From the NCBI GenBank assembly GCA_002700385.1, contig PADC01000009.1, positions 2,094-66,093 of the forward strand: a stretch of DNA of 64,000 bases, in the 5' to 3' direction. The notes beneath the pieces are model-generated. The model saw only the letters and a list, made by a program, of their open reading frames with translations, searched no databases and was not told the origin of the DNA. The translations under genes were made by a program, and so were the position numbers. Origin of the DNA: Cycloclasticus sp. GTDB taxonomy: Bacteria > Pseudomonadota > Gammaproteobacteria > Methylococcales > Cycloclasticaceae. Shown in pieces: positions 37,140 to 46,574 of the stretch. Position 1 is the stretch's first letter. The number at the start of each line of letters is the position of its first letter.

Positions 37140-38841
37140 AATTATCTTCCGTTAGTGGAGTTCTTTTACGGTTTACCAATGCACTGAGCTTTGGGCATTT
37201 GGTTGTTAACATCTCTTTAAGTATTTCTTGCTTAATGGCTTTATTAGTTAACAACGTTTGTTGATACCACCAGCCATCTCGCTGCATTTTTTTAGCGGCT
37301 TCTATTAAACAATTCATGACCTGTTCAAAATCATCATCCGTAAAATTAAAACTCATGATCATTCGGCCACTACCGACCCAACTTAACGATATACCTTCTG
37401 CTTTAAGATAGTATTGATACATCCAGTTATATCGACTTGGCTGTGTATAAAGGACAGTCCAAATAGAGGATAAATGAGCTATTTCGACGGGAACATCAGC
37501 CTGTTTAAAACGTTTATTTAATTCGCTCACTCGTGAATCCCAGCACTCATCTAATTGCTGATATTGCTGTTGGTAGCTCTCTTTTTGTATTTCATTCAAA
37601 AAAACATTCATGCTGGCGAGAACATAAGGGTGTGAGTTAAATGTTCCACGAGCAAAAGACACGTTCGCAGGCGAGTCATTTTTAAATCGTTTCATCAAAG
37701 CATGCGTGCCACACACGACGCCAACCGGAAATCCACCACCCAGCGTTTTTCCGTAGGTGACTAAATCGGCTTGGACATCAAAATATTCCTGGGCCCCTCC
37801 ATACGCCAGTCTGAAACCTGTAAACACCTCATCAAATATCAACACAATAGAGCGCCTGCTACAGACTTCTCGTACTTTTTTAAGCCACACCGTATAGGCT
37901 GTTTTATCAAAATGTGCAGAGCGATCGCTCGCCAACAGCGCGGCATCGCCCGCTGCATCTGCATTTGGGTGCAGGGCTTGTAAGGGATTAATCAATACAC
38001 AAGCAATATCATGACGCGTATTTAAGACGTGTAAGGTTCTTTCACTCATGTCGCTTAAGGTATAGACATCGTTTGTTTTTCGTTGGTTACCAATACCGGG
38101 TTGCACACCATCCCACCAACCATGATAGGCCCCACATAAACGCACCAAATGACTTTTGCCTGTATGATAACGAGCCAGGCGTACTGCTTGCATGACAGCC
38201 TCGGTGCCTGACATATGAAAAGACACTTCGTTCAAACCCGATATCTTCTTTAATTGTTCAACGTTATCTTTAATTAAGGGGTGATAAGGGCCCAAAACTG
38301 GGCCTAAATTTTTTACTTTTTCATAACCGCGTTGCATGCACTCTTTGTAAAAGTCATAACCGAATACATTAACCCCGTACGATCCCGTCAGATCAATACT
38401 CCAATTACCATCCATATCCTGAACCTGAACACCTTTTGAAGCTTCAACCATGGCCCCAACTTTAAGGTGTTCTTTTAAATATTTTCGGTACGGAAAAGGC
38501 ACTCTGTATGCGTTGGTAAAAGCAACATCTGAAATGCTGTTTTCCAACTTATTATAGAAAGCTATCGTTTTCGGGGATTTTTCATTCAGTAGCGTAACGA
38601 GTTGCTCAAAACCTGCTTGACGTTTTTTAATCAGCTCATCACTGGCCCCATCGCTATTAAAAAAACGTTGTGAGTCGTAATCAAATTGAGGAATTAAGCG
38701 CGCAATACGTCGAGACCATTTTGAATGCCCCCTTAAAGAAGGATGTTTAGCTCTTGAAAGTTCTAATCGCCTTTTTACTTTGTGGGCAATAAAAAGAAAG
38801 ACAACTAACCCAGGCAGCCAAAAAAAGATCAATTCATCCAT
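37132..38841 (-). CDS. Membrane-anchored class-III (GSA-aminomutase-like) PLP aminotransferase
   Basis: 569 aa. N-terminal TM helix IFFWLPGLVVFLFIA, class-III segments SGTEAVMQAVRLAR and FDEVFTGFR, PLP-Lys context LVTYGKTLGGGFP. Overlaps the next gene by 8 nt. Confidence 0.7.
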   Translation of the reverse strand: MDELIFFWLPGLVVFLFIAHKVKRRLELSRAKHPSLRGHSKWSRRIARLIPQFDYDSQRFFNSDGASDELIKKRQAGFEQLVTLLNEKSPKTIAFYNKLENSISDVAFTNAYRVPFPYRKYLKEHLKVGAMVEASKGVQVQDMDGNWSIDLTGSYGVNVFGYDFYKECMQRGYEKVKNLGPVLGPYHPLIKDNVEQLKKISGLNEVSFHMSGTEAVMQAVRLARYHTGKSHLVRLCGAYHGWWDGVQPGIGNQRKTNDVYTLSDMSERTLHVLNTRHDIACVLINPLQALHPNADAAGDAALLASDRSAHFDKTAYTVWLKKVREVCSRRSIVLIFDEVFTGFRLAYGGAQEYFDVQADLVTYGKTLGGGFPVGVVCGTHALMKRFKNDSPANVSFARGTFNSHPYVLASMNVFLNEIQKESYQQQYQQLDECWDSRVSELNKRFKQADVPVEIAHLSSIWTVLYTQPSRYNWMYQYYLKAEGISLSWVGSGRMIMSFNFTDDDFEQVMNCLIEAAKKMQRDGWWYQQTLLTNKAIKQEILKEMLTTKCPKLSALVNRKRTPLTEDNYD

Positions 38842-39135
38842 ACCGCATCACATCAAAAAATAATGTGACAAACAATAATCATAAAAAGTGACAGCTAGAT
38901 TGCATTTTAATGACAAACTGAATAAATCATTAAATTCACAGCTTATTTTTATGAACTAACCCCATCGATAACGGGGTTTATTTCTATTTAGAGCATTCCG
39001 CAGTTTTCATGCTTGCTGTTTAACAGCTCATTAATTGAATGATTAGCGTTTAAGAGTGATCGTCCTTGAAATAATTTCTAACATTAGTTAGGTTATAAGA
39101 CCTGATTCTTAACCCCTACTATTTAAGGAAACACC

Positions 39136-40272
39136 ATGGATTTTAGTTTTTCAGAAGAACAGCAGTTATTAAGACAAACCGTTCGGCGGTTTTCTGAAAA
39201 TGAATTAGCCCCGTTGGTAAGAGAAGCTGACGACAATGAGACCTTCCCAAAAGAATTGTTTCCAAAATGGGGAGACATGGGGTTAATCGCAGCACGCTAT
39301 CCGGAAGCTGATGGCGGTGGTGGTTTTAATAAAGTGGCCGATTGCATTATTCGTGAAGAAACCAGCCGAGTTTGTCAGGCCTTTGCCTCCTCTTTATCGG
39401 CACATAGTCATTTGGGTATTTGGCCTATCTGGCGCATTGGCACCGAAGCTCAAAAAGAACAGTACTTTAAACCGGCTTTAGCCGGTCAAAAAGTTTCCTG
39501 TTTTGGACTGAGTGAGCCCGACGGCGGTTCCAATATTCGTGCATTAAAAACCTCGGCTAAAAAAGTAGACGGCGGCTACCTTATTAATGGCAGTAAGCTC
39601 TATATCACCAATGCACCGATGGCCGATTTTATGTTACTGGCTGCTCGTACCGCAGAGGAGCTCAGCGCTAACAGCATCAGTTTATTTATTGTTGACTTGC
39701 CATCAAATAATATTGAAATACAAAAACTCGCTAAAGAAAGTATTCGTGCTTCTGAAACCGGTTTAATATTTATCGACAATTTATTTGTACCTGACGAGGC
39801 CTTATTAGGCGGACAAGAAGGCACTTACCCGATCATTCTTGAGTCACTGACGGAAAATCGTGTCGGTGTTTCAGCAAATTGCTTAGGCATGGCAAGGGCG
39901 GCTTTTGAAGAAGCAGAACGTTATGCGCATGAACGCATCATTTCTAATCAACCCATCGGGAAATTTCAATCCATTGGCCACAAATTAGCAAACATGTCAG
40001 CTGAAATAGAAGCCGCTAAATGGATGATCTACTATGGTGCCTGGTTAACTGATAACGATTCTTTAGATAACGCAATGGCGGCTAAAATTAAACTAACGGC
40101 CAGCGAAATGGCCGTTAGCGTTAGTGAGGATGCCATCCGAATTTTAGGCGGCGCCGGTATTATGCGAGACTACCCAGTCGGCCGTATACATCGAGACACC
40201 CTCCTCTATATCATTGGGGAAGGCACCAGTGAAATTCAACGCAATATTATTGCCCGTTCAATGGGGTTTTAA
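39136..40272 (+). CDS. Acyl-CoA dehydrogenase
   Basis: 378 aa. SEPDGGSNIRALKT and C-terminal IIGEGTSEIQRNIIAR (catalytic Glu context). Confidence 0.85.
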   Translation: MDFSFSEEQQLLRQTVRRFSENELAPLVREADDNETFPKELFPKWGDMGLIAARYPEADGGGGFNKVADCIIREETSRVCQAFASSLSAHSHLGIWPIWRIGTEAQKEQYFKPALAGQKVSCFGLSEPDGGSNIRALKTSAKKVDGGYLINGSKLYITNAPMADFMLLAARTAEELSANSISLFIVDLPSNNIEIQKLAKESIRASETGLIFIDNLFVPDEALLGGQEGTYPIILESLTENRVGVSANCLGMARAAFEEAERYAHERIISNQPIGKFQSIGHKLANMSAEIEAAKWMIYYGAWLTDNDSLDNAMAAKIKLTASEMAVSVSEDAIRILGGAGIMRDYPVGRIHRDTLLYIIGEGTSEIQRNIIARSMGF

Positions 40273-40277
40273 CAACA

Positions 40278-41633
40278 ATGCCCGCACTCAAATCTCTTTT
40301 TGAAGCCACTTCAGTCGCTATTGTTGGGGCTTCTGACGACCCACACAAAATTGGTGGCCGCCCCATTGCTTATATGAAACGCCTGAAATACAAGGGACAA
40401 TTAATACCGATCAACCCTAAAAACGACACTATTCAGGGTTTGCCGGCTAAACGGTCTTTATTGGAGCTGGACGCTCCCGTAGATCTCGCCGTCGTGGCCG
40501 TTCCTGATGCTTTTGTAGAAAAGGTGATTCAAGAAGGGCTTCAGCTGGGTATTAAGAACTTTGTTGTTTTTGCCTCAGGTTATGCTGAAATTAATCAACA
40601 AGGCATCGATAAACAAGCCAAATTAAAGGCCCTGTTTGATGGGACAGATGCCCGTTTATTGGGGCCCAACTGTTTAGGGTTTATCAATACAGAAACTCAA
40701 CTCGTCGCCTCCTTTACTACGGCCATGGAACAACACCCGTTGAAGGTAGGTGGTTTAAGCTTTGCTGGCCATAGTGGCGCGTTGGGTGCTTACTGGCTTG
40801 ATAAAACCATCCGTGCTGATATTGGGGTGAGCAAATGGGTTTCCAGTGGTAACGAAGCGAACCTCTCCTTAGATGAGATTGTCGCTTACTTGGCCACAGA
40901 TTCTCAAACAACCGTCATTTCATTGTATATTGAAGAAATTCGTCATCCTGAAAAATTTGAAAAAGCACTCAAACTGGCCAGAAAAAATAACAAACCCGTG
41001 ATTGCCTTAAAAGGCGGGAAAACAGCAGCAGGAGCGCGCGCAACGGCCGCTCATACCGCATCGTACCCACTCAAGGGCGTTGATTATCAAGCGATTTTCA
41101 AACGTACCGGCGTCATAGAAGTACATTCATTAAGTGAGATGATTCATTGCAGCCAATTCTTTTTAGGTGGCCATAAACTGCTTGGAAATAAGGTGGGCAT
41201 TATTTCGATTTCGGGTGGAGCGGGCGTTATGTTATGCGATCAACTGGAAGAGCATGGCTTAACCATTGAGCCTTTTAGCCACCCACTTCATGACAAGATA
41301 AAGCCCTTATTATCGGACTTTAGTACGGTACAAAATCCAGTTGATTTAACCGCAGCACTGGTAGCACAGCCCAACATGCTGCGTGATACGACCCGTCAAC
41401 TCGTCGACTCTAACGAATTTAATGTGGTGGTTATTTTTATGGGTTTGATGGACAGTGTCGCTCAACAACTCACCAATGGGTTGCTTAAGCTTAAAAACAA
41501 CCCCGCCTGCCCTGTTTTAGTTATTTGGATGGGTGGTCAAGCGGCCTTATTGGCTGATATCGCCAAAAAAGGCATGCTGGTTTTTGAAGAAATTCCCGAT
41601 CTGGTTACTCTTTTATCCAATGTAAAACCTTAA
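40278..41633 (+). CDS. CoA-binding, ADP-forming acyl-CoA synthetase alpha-like protein (no ATP-grasp part)
   Basis: 451 aa. CoA-binding N-terminus SVAIVGASDDPHKIGG, LLGPNCLGFIN, His segment FAGHSGALGA. Confidence 0.6.
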   Translation: MPALKSLFEATSVAIVGASDDPHKIGGRPIAYMKRLKYKGQLIPINPKNDTIQGLPAKRSLLELDAPVDLAVVAVPDAFVEKVIQEGLQLGIKNFVVFASGYAEINQQGIDKQAKLKALFDGTDARLLGPNCLGFINTETQLVASFTTAMEQHPLKVGGLSFAGHSGALGAYWLDKTIRADIGVSKWVSSGNEANLSLDEIVAYLATDSQTTVISLYIEEIRHPEKFEKALKLARKNNKPVIALKGGKTAAGARATAAHTASYPLKGVDYQAIFKRTGVIEVHSLSEMIHCSQFFLGGHKLLGNKVGIISISGGAGVMLCDQLEEHGLTIEPFSHPLHDKIKPLLSDFSTVQNPVDLTAALVAQPNMLRDTTRQLVDSNEFNVVVIFMGLMDSVAQQLTNGLLKLKNNPACPVLVIWMGGQAALLADIAKKGMLVFEEIPDLVTLLSNVKP

Positions 41634-42385
41634 GTTCTTTTTTTGAAAACAGGGTACTCAACCACGCCCTCTGATAAGTTAATCGTAACGGAGACTGGTT
41701 GACCTCCACTTCCATAATTCATCACCGGTTCGGTAACAGAAATAGTAGTCTGTTTTTTTGCAACGGCTAAAATATCGGCCACACAATCAAAGGCTGATAA
41801 TCGTTTCAGTTGAACATGGGTCACTGGCATTAGTTTCACCTCACCTTGTTCATACAGAGATAAAATCTCTTTGGGTAAGGCCCAACATGATGAGTCGGTT
41901 TCTTTATTGTCGTGCATAATGATCTGATCCGCTGAAGCCGCTGCAAGAAAAAAGCGCGTATTAAATCGTTTTGGTGCACCTGCCGGCGTTAGCCAGTGGT
42001 CATAAAACACCACTTCATCTAAATTGATGGATACTCGATGCTCTCTTAACACATCCTCAAAACTGATCTCGCCTTCGTGAAGTTTATGGCGCAACAGGTC
42101 ATCTATTTGAAGTCCATTTTGATTTGCCGAGGCTAGAATCCCTGCTTCTTCCAAGGTTTCTCGAACGGCCGCCACTTTATTTGCTTGTAGCAAAGAATCG
42201 ATCTCTTCTTTGGTAAGGCAAAACTCCGTTTCGCCTAGTTGCTTATCGTGTTCATCCACTGCTCCGCCTGGAAAAACATAAGCACCTGCTGCAAAACCCG
42301 ATGTTTCAACACGACGCAGCATACACACTTCCATGCCATTATCTGAATCGCGTAACAATATTAAGGCGGCTGCATCTTTGATCAT
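41630..42385 (-). CDS. NUDIX hydrolase
   Basis: 251 aa. Nudix-box core GGAVDE ... AAVRETLEEAGI. Its 3' end overlaps the convergent upstream gene by 4 nt. Confidence 0.7.
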   Translation of the reverse strand: MIKDAAALILLRDSDNGMEVCMLRRVETSGFAAGAYVFPGGAVDEHDKQLGETEFCLTKEEIDSLLQANKVAAVRETLEEAGILASANQNGLQIDDLLRHKLHEGEISFEDVLREHRVSINLDEVVFYDHWLTPAGAPKRFNTRFFLAAASADQIIMHDNKETDSSCWALPKEILSLYEQGEVKLMPVTHVQLKRLSAFDCVADILAVAKKQTTISVTEPVMNYGSGGQPVSVTINLSEGVVEYPVFKKRT

Positions 42386-42474
42386 TTTTATCCTTTTTTA
42401 AACCTCAACAACTCGCTTTGCCAGCTGATTAAGATCATAATATAACAAGTGTTTGGTAGATTATAGGAGTTTAG

Positions 42475-43617
42475 ATGCGTGATGAAAACGAACAATTAAT
42501 ATTAGAGGCTGTTGATAAATTTTTAATCAAAATAAAACCCTCTGTACGCCAGCTTGAAGCAGATGATGAATACCCTAAAGACATCGTCGAAGAAATGAAG
42601 GCAATGGGCTTATTTGGTGCCGTCATTGACCCTGAATATGGTGGTCTTGGGTTGCCCGTTTCTACTTACGCAAAAATTGTGGAACGCGTTGCCTGCGTCT
42701 GGATGTCGTTAACCGGTGTGTTTAATTCCCATTTAATTATGGCCATGTCCGTTCAACGCTTTGGCACAACAGAACAAAAAAAGACATGGCTGCCTTTATT
42801 TGCATCCGGCGAAATGCGCGGAGCATTGGCACTGACTGAGCCTAATTGCGGCACGGATTTACAAGCCATTAAAACCGTCGCAAAACGTGATGGTGATGAT
42901 TATGTCATTAACGGCTCTAAAGCATGGATTACCAATAGTCTTCATGGAAGCTGTTTTGCTATGCTGGTAAAAACTGACCCTACGGCCCAGCCATCCCACA
43001 AAGGCATGAGTCTTTTTATTGCCCCTAAAGGTGAAGGTTTTGTGATGGGTAGTAAACATAAAAAACTGGGCTATAAAGGAGTCGATACCGCTGAATTCTT
43101 TTTAGACGATTATCGACTTCCTGCCGATCATTTAATTGGCCTTGAGGAAGGCCATGGGCTGCAGCATGCCCTCGGTGCCTTAGCGCTGGGTAGAATCAAC
43201 GTCGCTTCACGTGGTATTGGCGTAGCCTCTGCTGCATTACAAGATTCCATTGAGTATTCACAACAACGAAAAACTTTTGGTAAGCCTATTTGCCAACATC
43301 AATCGATACAAATTTATTTGGCTGATATGGCCACACGTGTTGAAGCAGCGCGTTTACTGGTTCAATCCGCTGCTAAAGCATTTGACCGCGGTGAACGGTG
43401 CGATATGGAGGCGGGTATGGCAAAATTATTTGCGACTGAAGCGGCTATGGAAAACTCAGCTGAAGCGCTCCGTATTCACGGTGCTTATGGTTATTCAACT
43501 GAGTTTAATGTTGAACGTTATTACCGAGATGCGCCCTTACTGGCCATAGGTGAAGGTACGAATGAACTTCAGCGCATCATTATTGCGAAACAACTCATCG
43601 AACAGAACCCGCTTTAA
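42475..43617 (+). CDS. Acyl-CoA dehydrogenase
   Basis: 380 aa. TEPNCGTDLQAIKT and AIGEGTNELQRIIIAK. Confidence 0.85.
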   Translation: MRDENEQLILEAVDKFLIKIKPSVRQLEADDEYPKDIVEEMKAMGLFGAVIDPEYGGLGLPVSTYAKIVERVACVWMSLTGVFNSHLIMAMSVQRFGTTEQKKTWLPLFASGEMRGALALTEPNCGTDLQAIKTVAKRDGDDYVINGSKAWITNSLHGSCFAMLVKTDPTAQPSHKGMSLFIAPKGEGFVMGSKHKKLGYKGVDTAEFFLDDYRLPADHLIGLEEGHGLQHALGALALGRINVASRGIGVASAALQDSIEYSQQRKTFGKPICQHQSIQIYLADMATRVEAARLLVQSAAKAFDRGERCDMEAGMAKLFATEAAMENSAEALRIHGAYGYSTEFNVERYYRDAPLLAIGEGTNELQRIIIAKQLIEQNPL

Positions 43618-43668
43618 ATTAGCCAACAAACCTTTACAATAAAATTTTTTTGAAGACACACATGACTT

Positions 43669-44526
43669 ATGGACAATCAGCATTTCAAAAGCACCAATAA
43701 CTACGTTGCCACCGAAGAACTCAGCATGGCGGTCAACGCGGCTATTACCTTAGAACGCCCTTTATTAATAAAAGGCGAACCTGGGACTGGAAAAACACAA
43801 CTGGCACTTGAGGTTGCTAAATCTTTAGGTGCGCCCTTAATTGAATGGCACATCAAGTCCACAACAAAAGCTCACCAAGGGCTGTACGAATATGATGCTG
43901 TATCACGCTTGCGCGATTCACAATTAGGCGATGACCGCGTGCATGACATTGCCAATTACATTGTTAAAGGTAAAGTATGGGAGGCTTTCGCAGCGGACAA
44001 TCGCGCTGTTTTATTGATTGATGAAATTGATAAAGCCGACATTGAATTTCCCAATGACTTGTTACAAGAATTAGATCGCATGGAGTTTTTTGTGTATGAG
44101 ACCAAAGAACTGGTTAAGGCTAAAAACAGGCCGTTGGTTATTATCACCAGTAATAACGAAAAAGAGCTGCCCGATGCCTTTTTAAGGCGGTGTTTCTTCC
44201 ACTACATTCGTTTTCCAGAACTTGAAACCATGCAGCAGATTGTCAACGTCCATTTTCCGTCGCTAAAACAAGACCTGTTATCAGAAGCACTTGGAATATT
44301 TTTTGAAGTTCGTGAAATTTCTGGGCTTAAAAAGAAACCATCAACATCAGAATTACTCGATTGGATTAAATTGCTCTTATCCGAAGAATTAGATGCCAGT
44401 ACCCTGCGTGAAGAAGACAGCAATAATATTTTGCCTAAACTGCACGGCGCCTTATTAAAAAACGAGCAGGATGTACACCTGTTTGAACGTCTTGCCTTTA
44501 TCAATAGGCGTAAACAAGGCCAGTAA
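43669..44526 (+). CDS. MoxR-like AAA+ ATPase
   Basis: 285 aa. Walker A GEPGTGKT, Walker B LLIDEIDKA, TSNNEKELPDAFLRRC sensor region. Confidence 0.8.
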   Translation: MDNQHFKSTNNYVATEELSMAVNAAITLERPLLIKGEPGTGKTQLALEVAKSLGAPLIEWHIKSTTKAHQGLYEYDAVSRLRDSQLGDDRVHDIANYIVKGKVWEAFAADNRAVLLIDEIDKADIEFPNDLLQELDRMEFFVYETKELVKAKNRPLVIITSNNEKELPDAFLRRCFFHYIRFPELETMQQIVNVHFPSLKQDLLSEALGIFFEVREISGLKKKPSTSELLDWIKLLLSEELDASTLREEDSNNILPKLHGALLKNEQDVHLFERLAFINRRKQGQ

Positions 44527-44535
44527 TCGCCCACT

Positions 44536-45741
44536 ATGTTCATCGCGTTCTTTTTAGATTTACGAAAAGCCGGTTTACCGGTCAGCATTACCGAATTGCT
44601 TTCTCTGCTAAGAGCGCTTGAAAAAAGGCTATCCAGCTTTGACATTCAGGCCTTCTATTATTTATCACGGACTGCATTGGTTAAAGATGAACGGTACTAC
44701 GATCGTTTTGATCAGGTATTTTCTGAAACATTCAATGGACTGGAGTCCGACCATTCACTGGAAGAAATATTCAGCCAGATTCCTGAAGAGTGGTTGCGCA
44801 AGCAGGCTGAAAAACTGTTAAGCGAAGAAGAAAAGCAAAAAATCCAATCATTGGGTGGCTGGGAAAAATTAATGGAAACGCTTAAAAAACGGTTAGAAGA
44901 ACAAAAAGAAGAACACCATGGCGGCAACAAGTGGATAGGCACTGGGGGTACTTCACCCTTTGGTGCATATGGTTACAACCCTGAAGGCGTTCGCATCGGT
45001 CAACACGAGTCTCGCCACAGACGCGCTATAAAAGTATGGGATAAACGAGAGTTTAGAAACCTAGATGATAGCGTTGAACTGAATACACGCAATATAAAAG
45101 TCGCTTTACGTAAATTACGAAAATTTGCCCGACAAGGGTCTGAGGAAGAATTAGATTTAGACGATACCATTCGATCAACTGCTTCCAATGCCGGATACTT
45201 AGACTTAAAAATGGTGCCAGAACGTCATAATGCCATCAAAGTCTTACTGCTTTTAGATATTGGTGGCTCGATGGATGATCATATTCGAATTTGTGAAGAA
45301 CTCTTCTCGGCTTCCAAAACCGAGTTTAAACATTTGGAGCATTACTATTTCCACAATTTTACTTACGAATACCTTTGGAAAGACAATAAACGACGTTTTG
45401 ATGAGGCAACGCCAACAATGGAGATCATCAACCGTTATCCCAGCGACTATAAAATAATTTTTGTCGGTGACGCCAGTATGAGTCCCTATGAAATCACCTA
45501 CCCCGGTGGCAGTGTGGAACATTGGAATGAAGAAACAGGCGCTGTGTGGATGACACGATTGCTAACGGCTTTTCCCAGTGCTGTTTGGCTAAACCCAGAC
45601 CCGGAACACAATTGGGATAGACGACCATCAAATAAAATCACTCGTGAACTCATGGGGAATCGTATGTATTCATTAACATTAGAAGGCTTGGAATCTGCAA
45701 TACAATCTTTATTACGTAAACCTGTCTTGGTGCCACAGTAG
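44536..45741 (+). CDS. VWA domain protein (CoxE-like partner of MoxR ATPases)
   Basis: 401 aa. C-terminal VWA with a MIDAS-like LLLDIGGSMD. Sits 9 nt after the ATPase gene. Confidence 0.7.
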   Translation: MFIAFFLDLRKAGLPVSITELLSLLRALEKRLSSFDIQAFYYLSRTALVKDERYYDRFDQVFSETFNGLESDHSLEEIFSQIPEEWLRKQAEKLLSEEEKQKIQSLGGWEKLMETLKKRLEEQKEEHHGGNKWIGTGGTSPFGAYGYNPEGVRIGQHESRHRRAIKVWDKREFRNLDDSVELNTRNIKVALRKLRKFARQGSEEELDLDDTIRSTASNAGYLDLKMVPERHNAIKVLLLLDIGGSMDDHIRICEELFSASKTEFKHLEHYYFHNFTYEYLWKDNKRRFDEATPTMEIINRYPSDYKIIFVGDASMSPYEITYPGGSVEHWNEETGAVWMTRLLTAFPSAVWLNPDPEHNWDRRPSNKITRELMGNRMYSLTLEGLESAIQSLLRKPVLVPQ

Positions 45742-45794
45742 CCCTCATCTACGCACAATCTGGTCAAAAAATAATAAAAATTTGGGAGAGAACT

Positions 45795-46565
45795 TTGAAA
45801 AAATTTGAAAATAAAACCGTAATCATTACCGGTGGGGCCGGTGGCATTGGCCTAGCTGCCGGCAGATTATTCGCCAAACAGGGTGCGCATGTTCTACTCG
45901 TCGATTTAAACGAAAAGGAACTGGTAACAGCCGCTGAAAAAATCAATGATGCTGAAAAAGTCTCATATTACGTTGCTGATGTGACTCAGGAAGATCAAGT
46001 CAATAACTATGTCAATGTTGCAATTGAGCGCTATGGTTCGATCGATTGCTTTATCAACAATGCGGGGATTGAAGGTGTTGTTGCCCCGATTATTGACTCC
46101 CCTACCGAACATTTTGACCAGGTGATCGCAGTCAATGTCAGAGGCGTTTGGTTGGGTTTAAAGTACGTCATTCCTAACATGTTGAAAAACGGAGGTGGTC
46201 GCATCGTAATGACCTCTTCTTTAGCGGGTATAAAAGGCACCGCAAACATTTCTCCGTATGTCACCAGTAAACACGCTGTTGTTGGCATGATGCGCAGCGT
46301 TTCACAAGAATACGCGGCTCAAGGCATTCGTATAAACACTGTTAACCCTGCGCCGATTGAAACAAGAATGATGCGTTCACTAGAAACAGGGTTTGCACCT
46401 GGTGCGGAAGCTGCCGCTAAAGAACAACTGAATAAAATGATGCCCATGGGGCGCTATGGGGAACCCGAGGAAGTGGCCTCATTAATGGCTTTTTTGTGTA
46501 GCGATGAAGCCTCATATTGTACCGGTGGCGTCTACTCCGTAGACGGAGGAGCATCAGCACTTTAA
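45795..46565 (+). CDS. Short-chain dehydrogenase/reductase
   Basis: 256 aa, TTG start behind GGGAGAG. TGGAGGIG, NNAG, YVTSKHA (YxxxK). Confidence 0.85.
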   Translation: MKKFENKTVIITGGAGGIGLAAGRLFAKQGAHVLLVDLNEKELVTAAEKINDAEKVSYYVADVTQEDQVNNYVNVAIERYGSIDCFINNAGIEGVVAPIIDSPTEHFDQVIAVNVRGVWLGLKYVIPNMLKNGGGRIVMTSSLAGIKGTANISPYVTSKHAVVGMMRSVSQEYAAQGIRINTVNPAPIETRMMRSLETGFAPGAEAAAKEQLNKMMPMGRYGEPEEVASLMAFLCSDEASYCTGGVYSVDGGASAL

Positions 46566-46574
46566 TAAAGCGAT

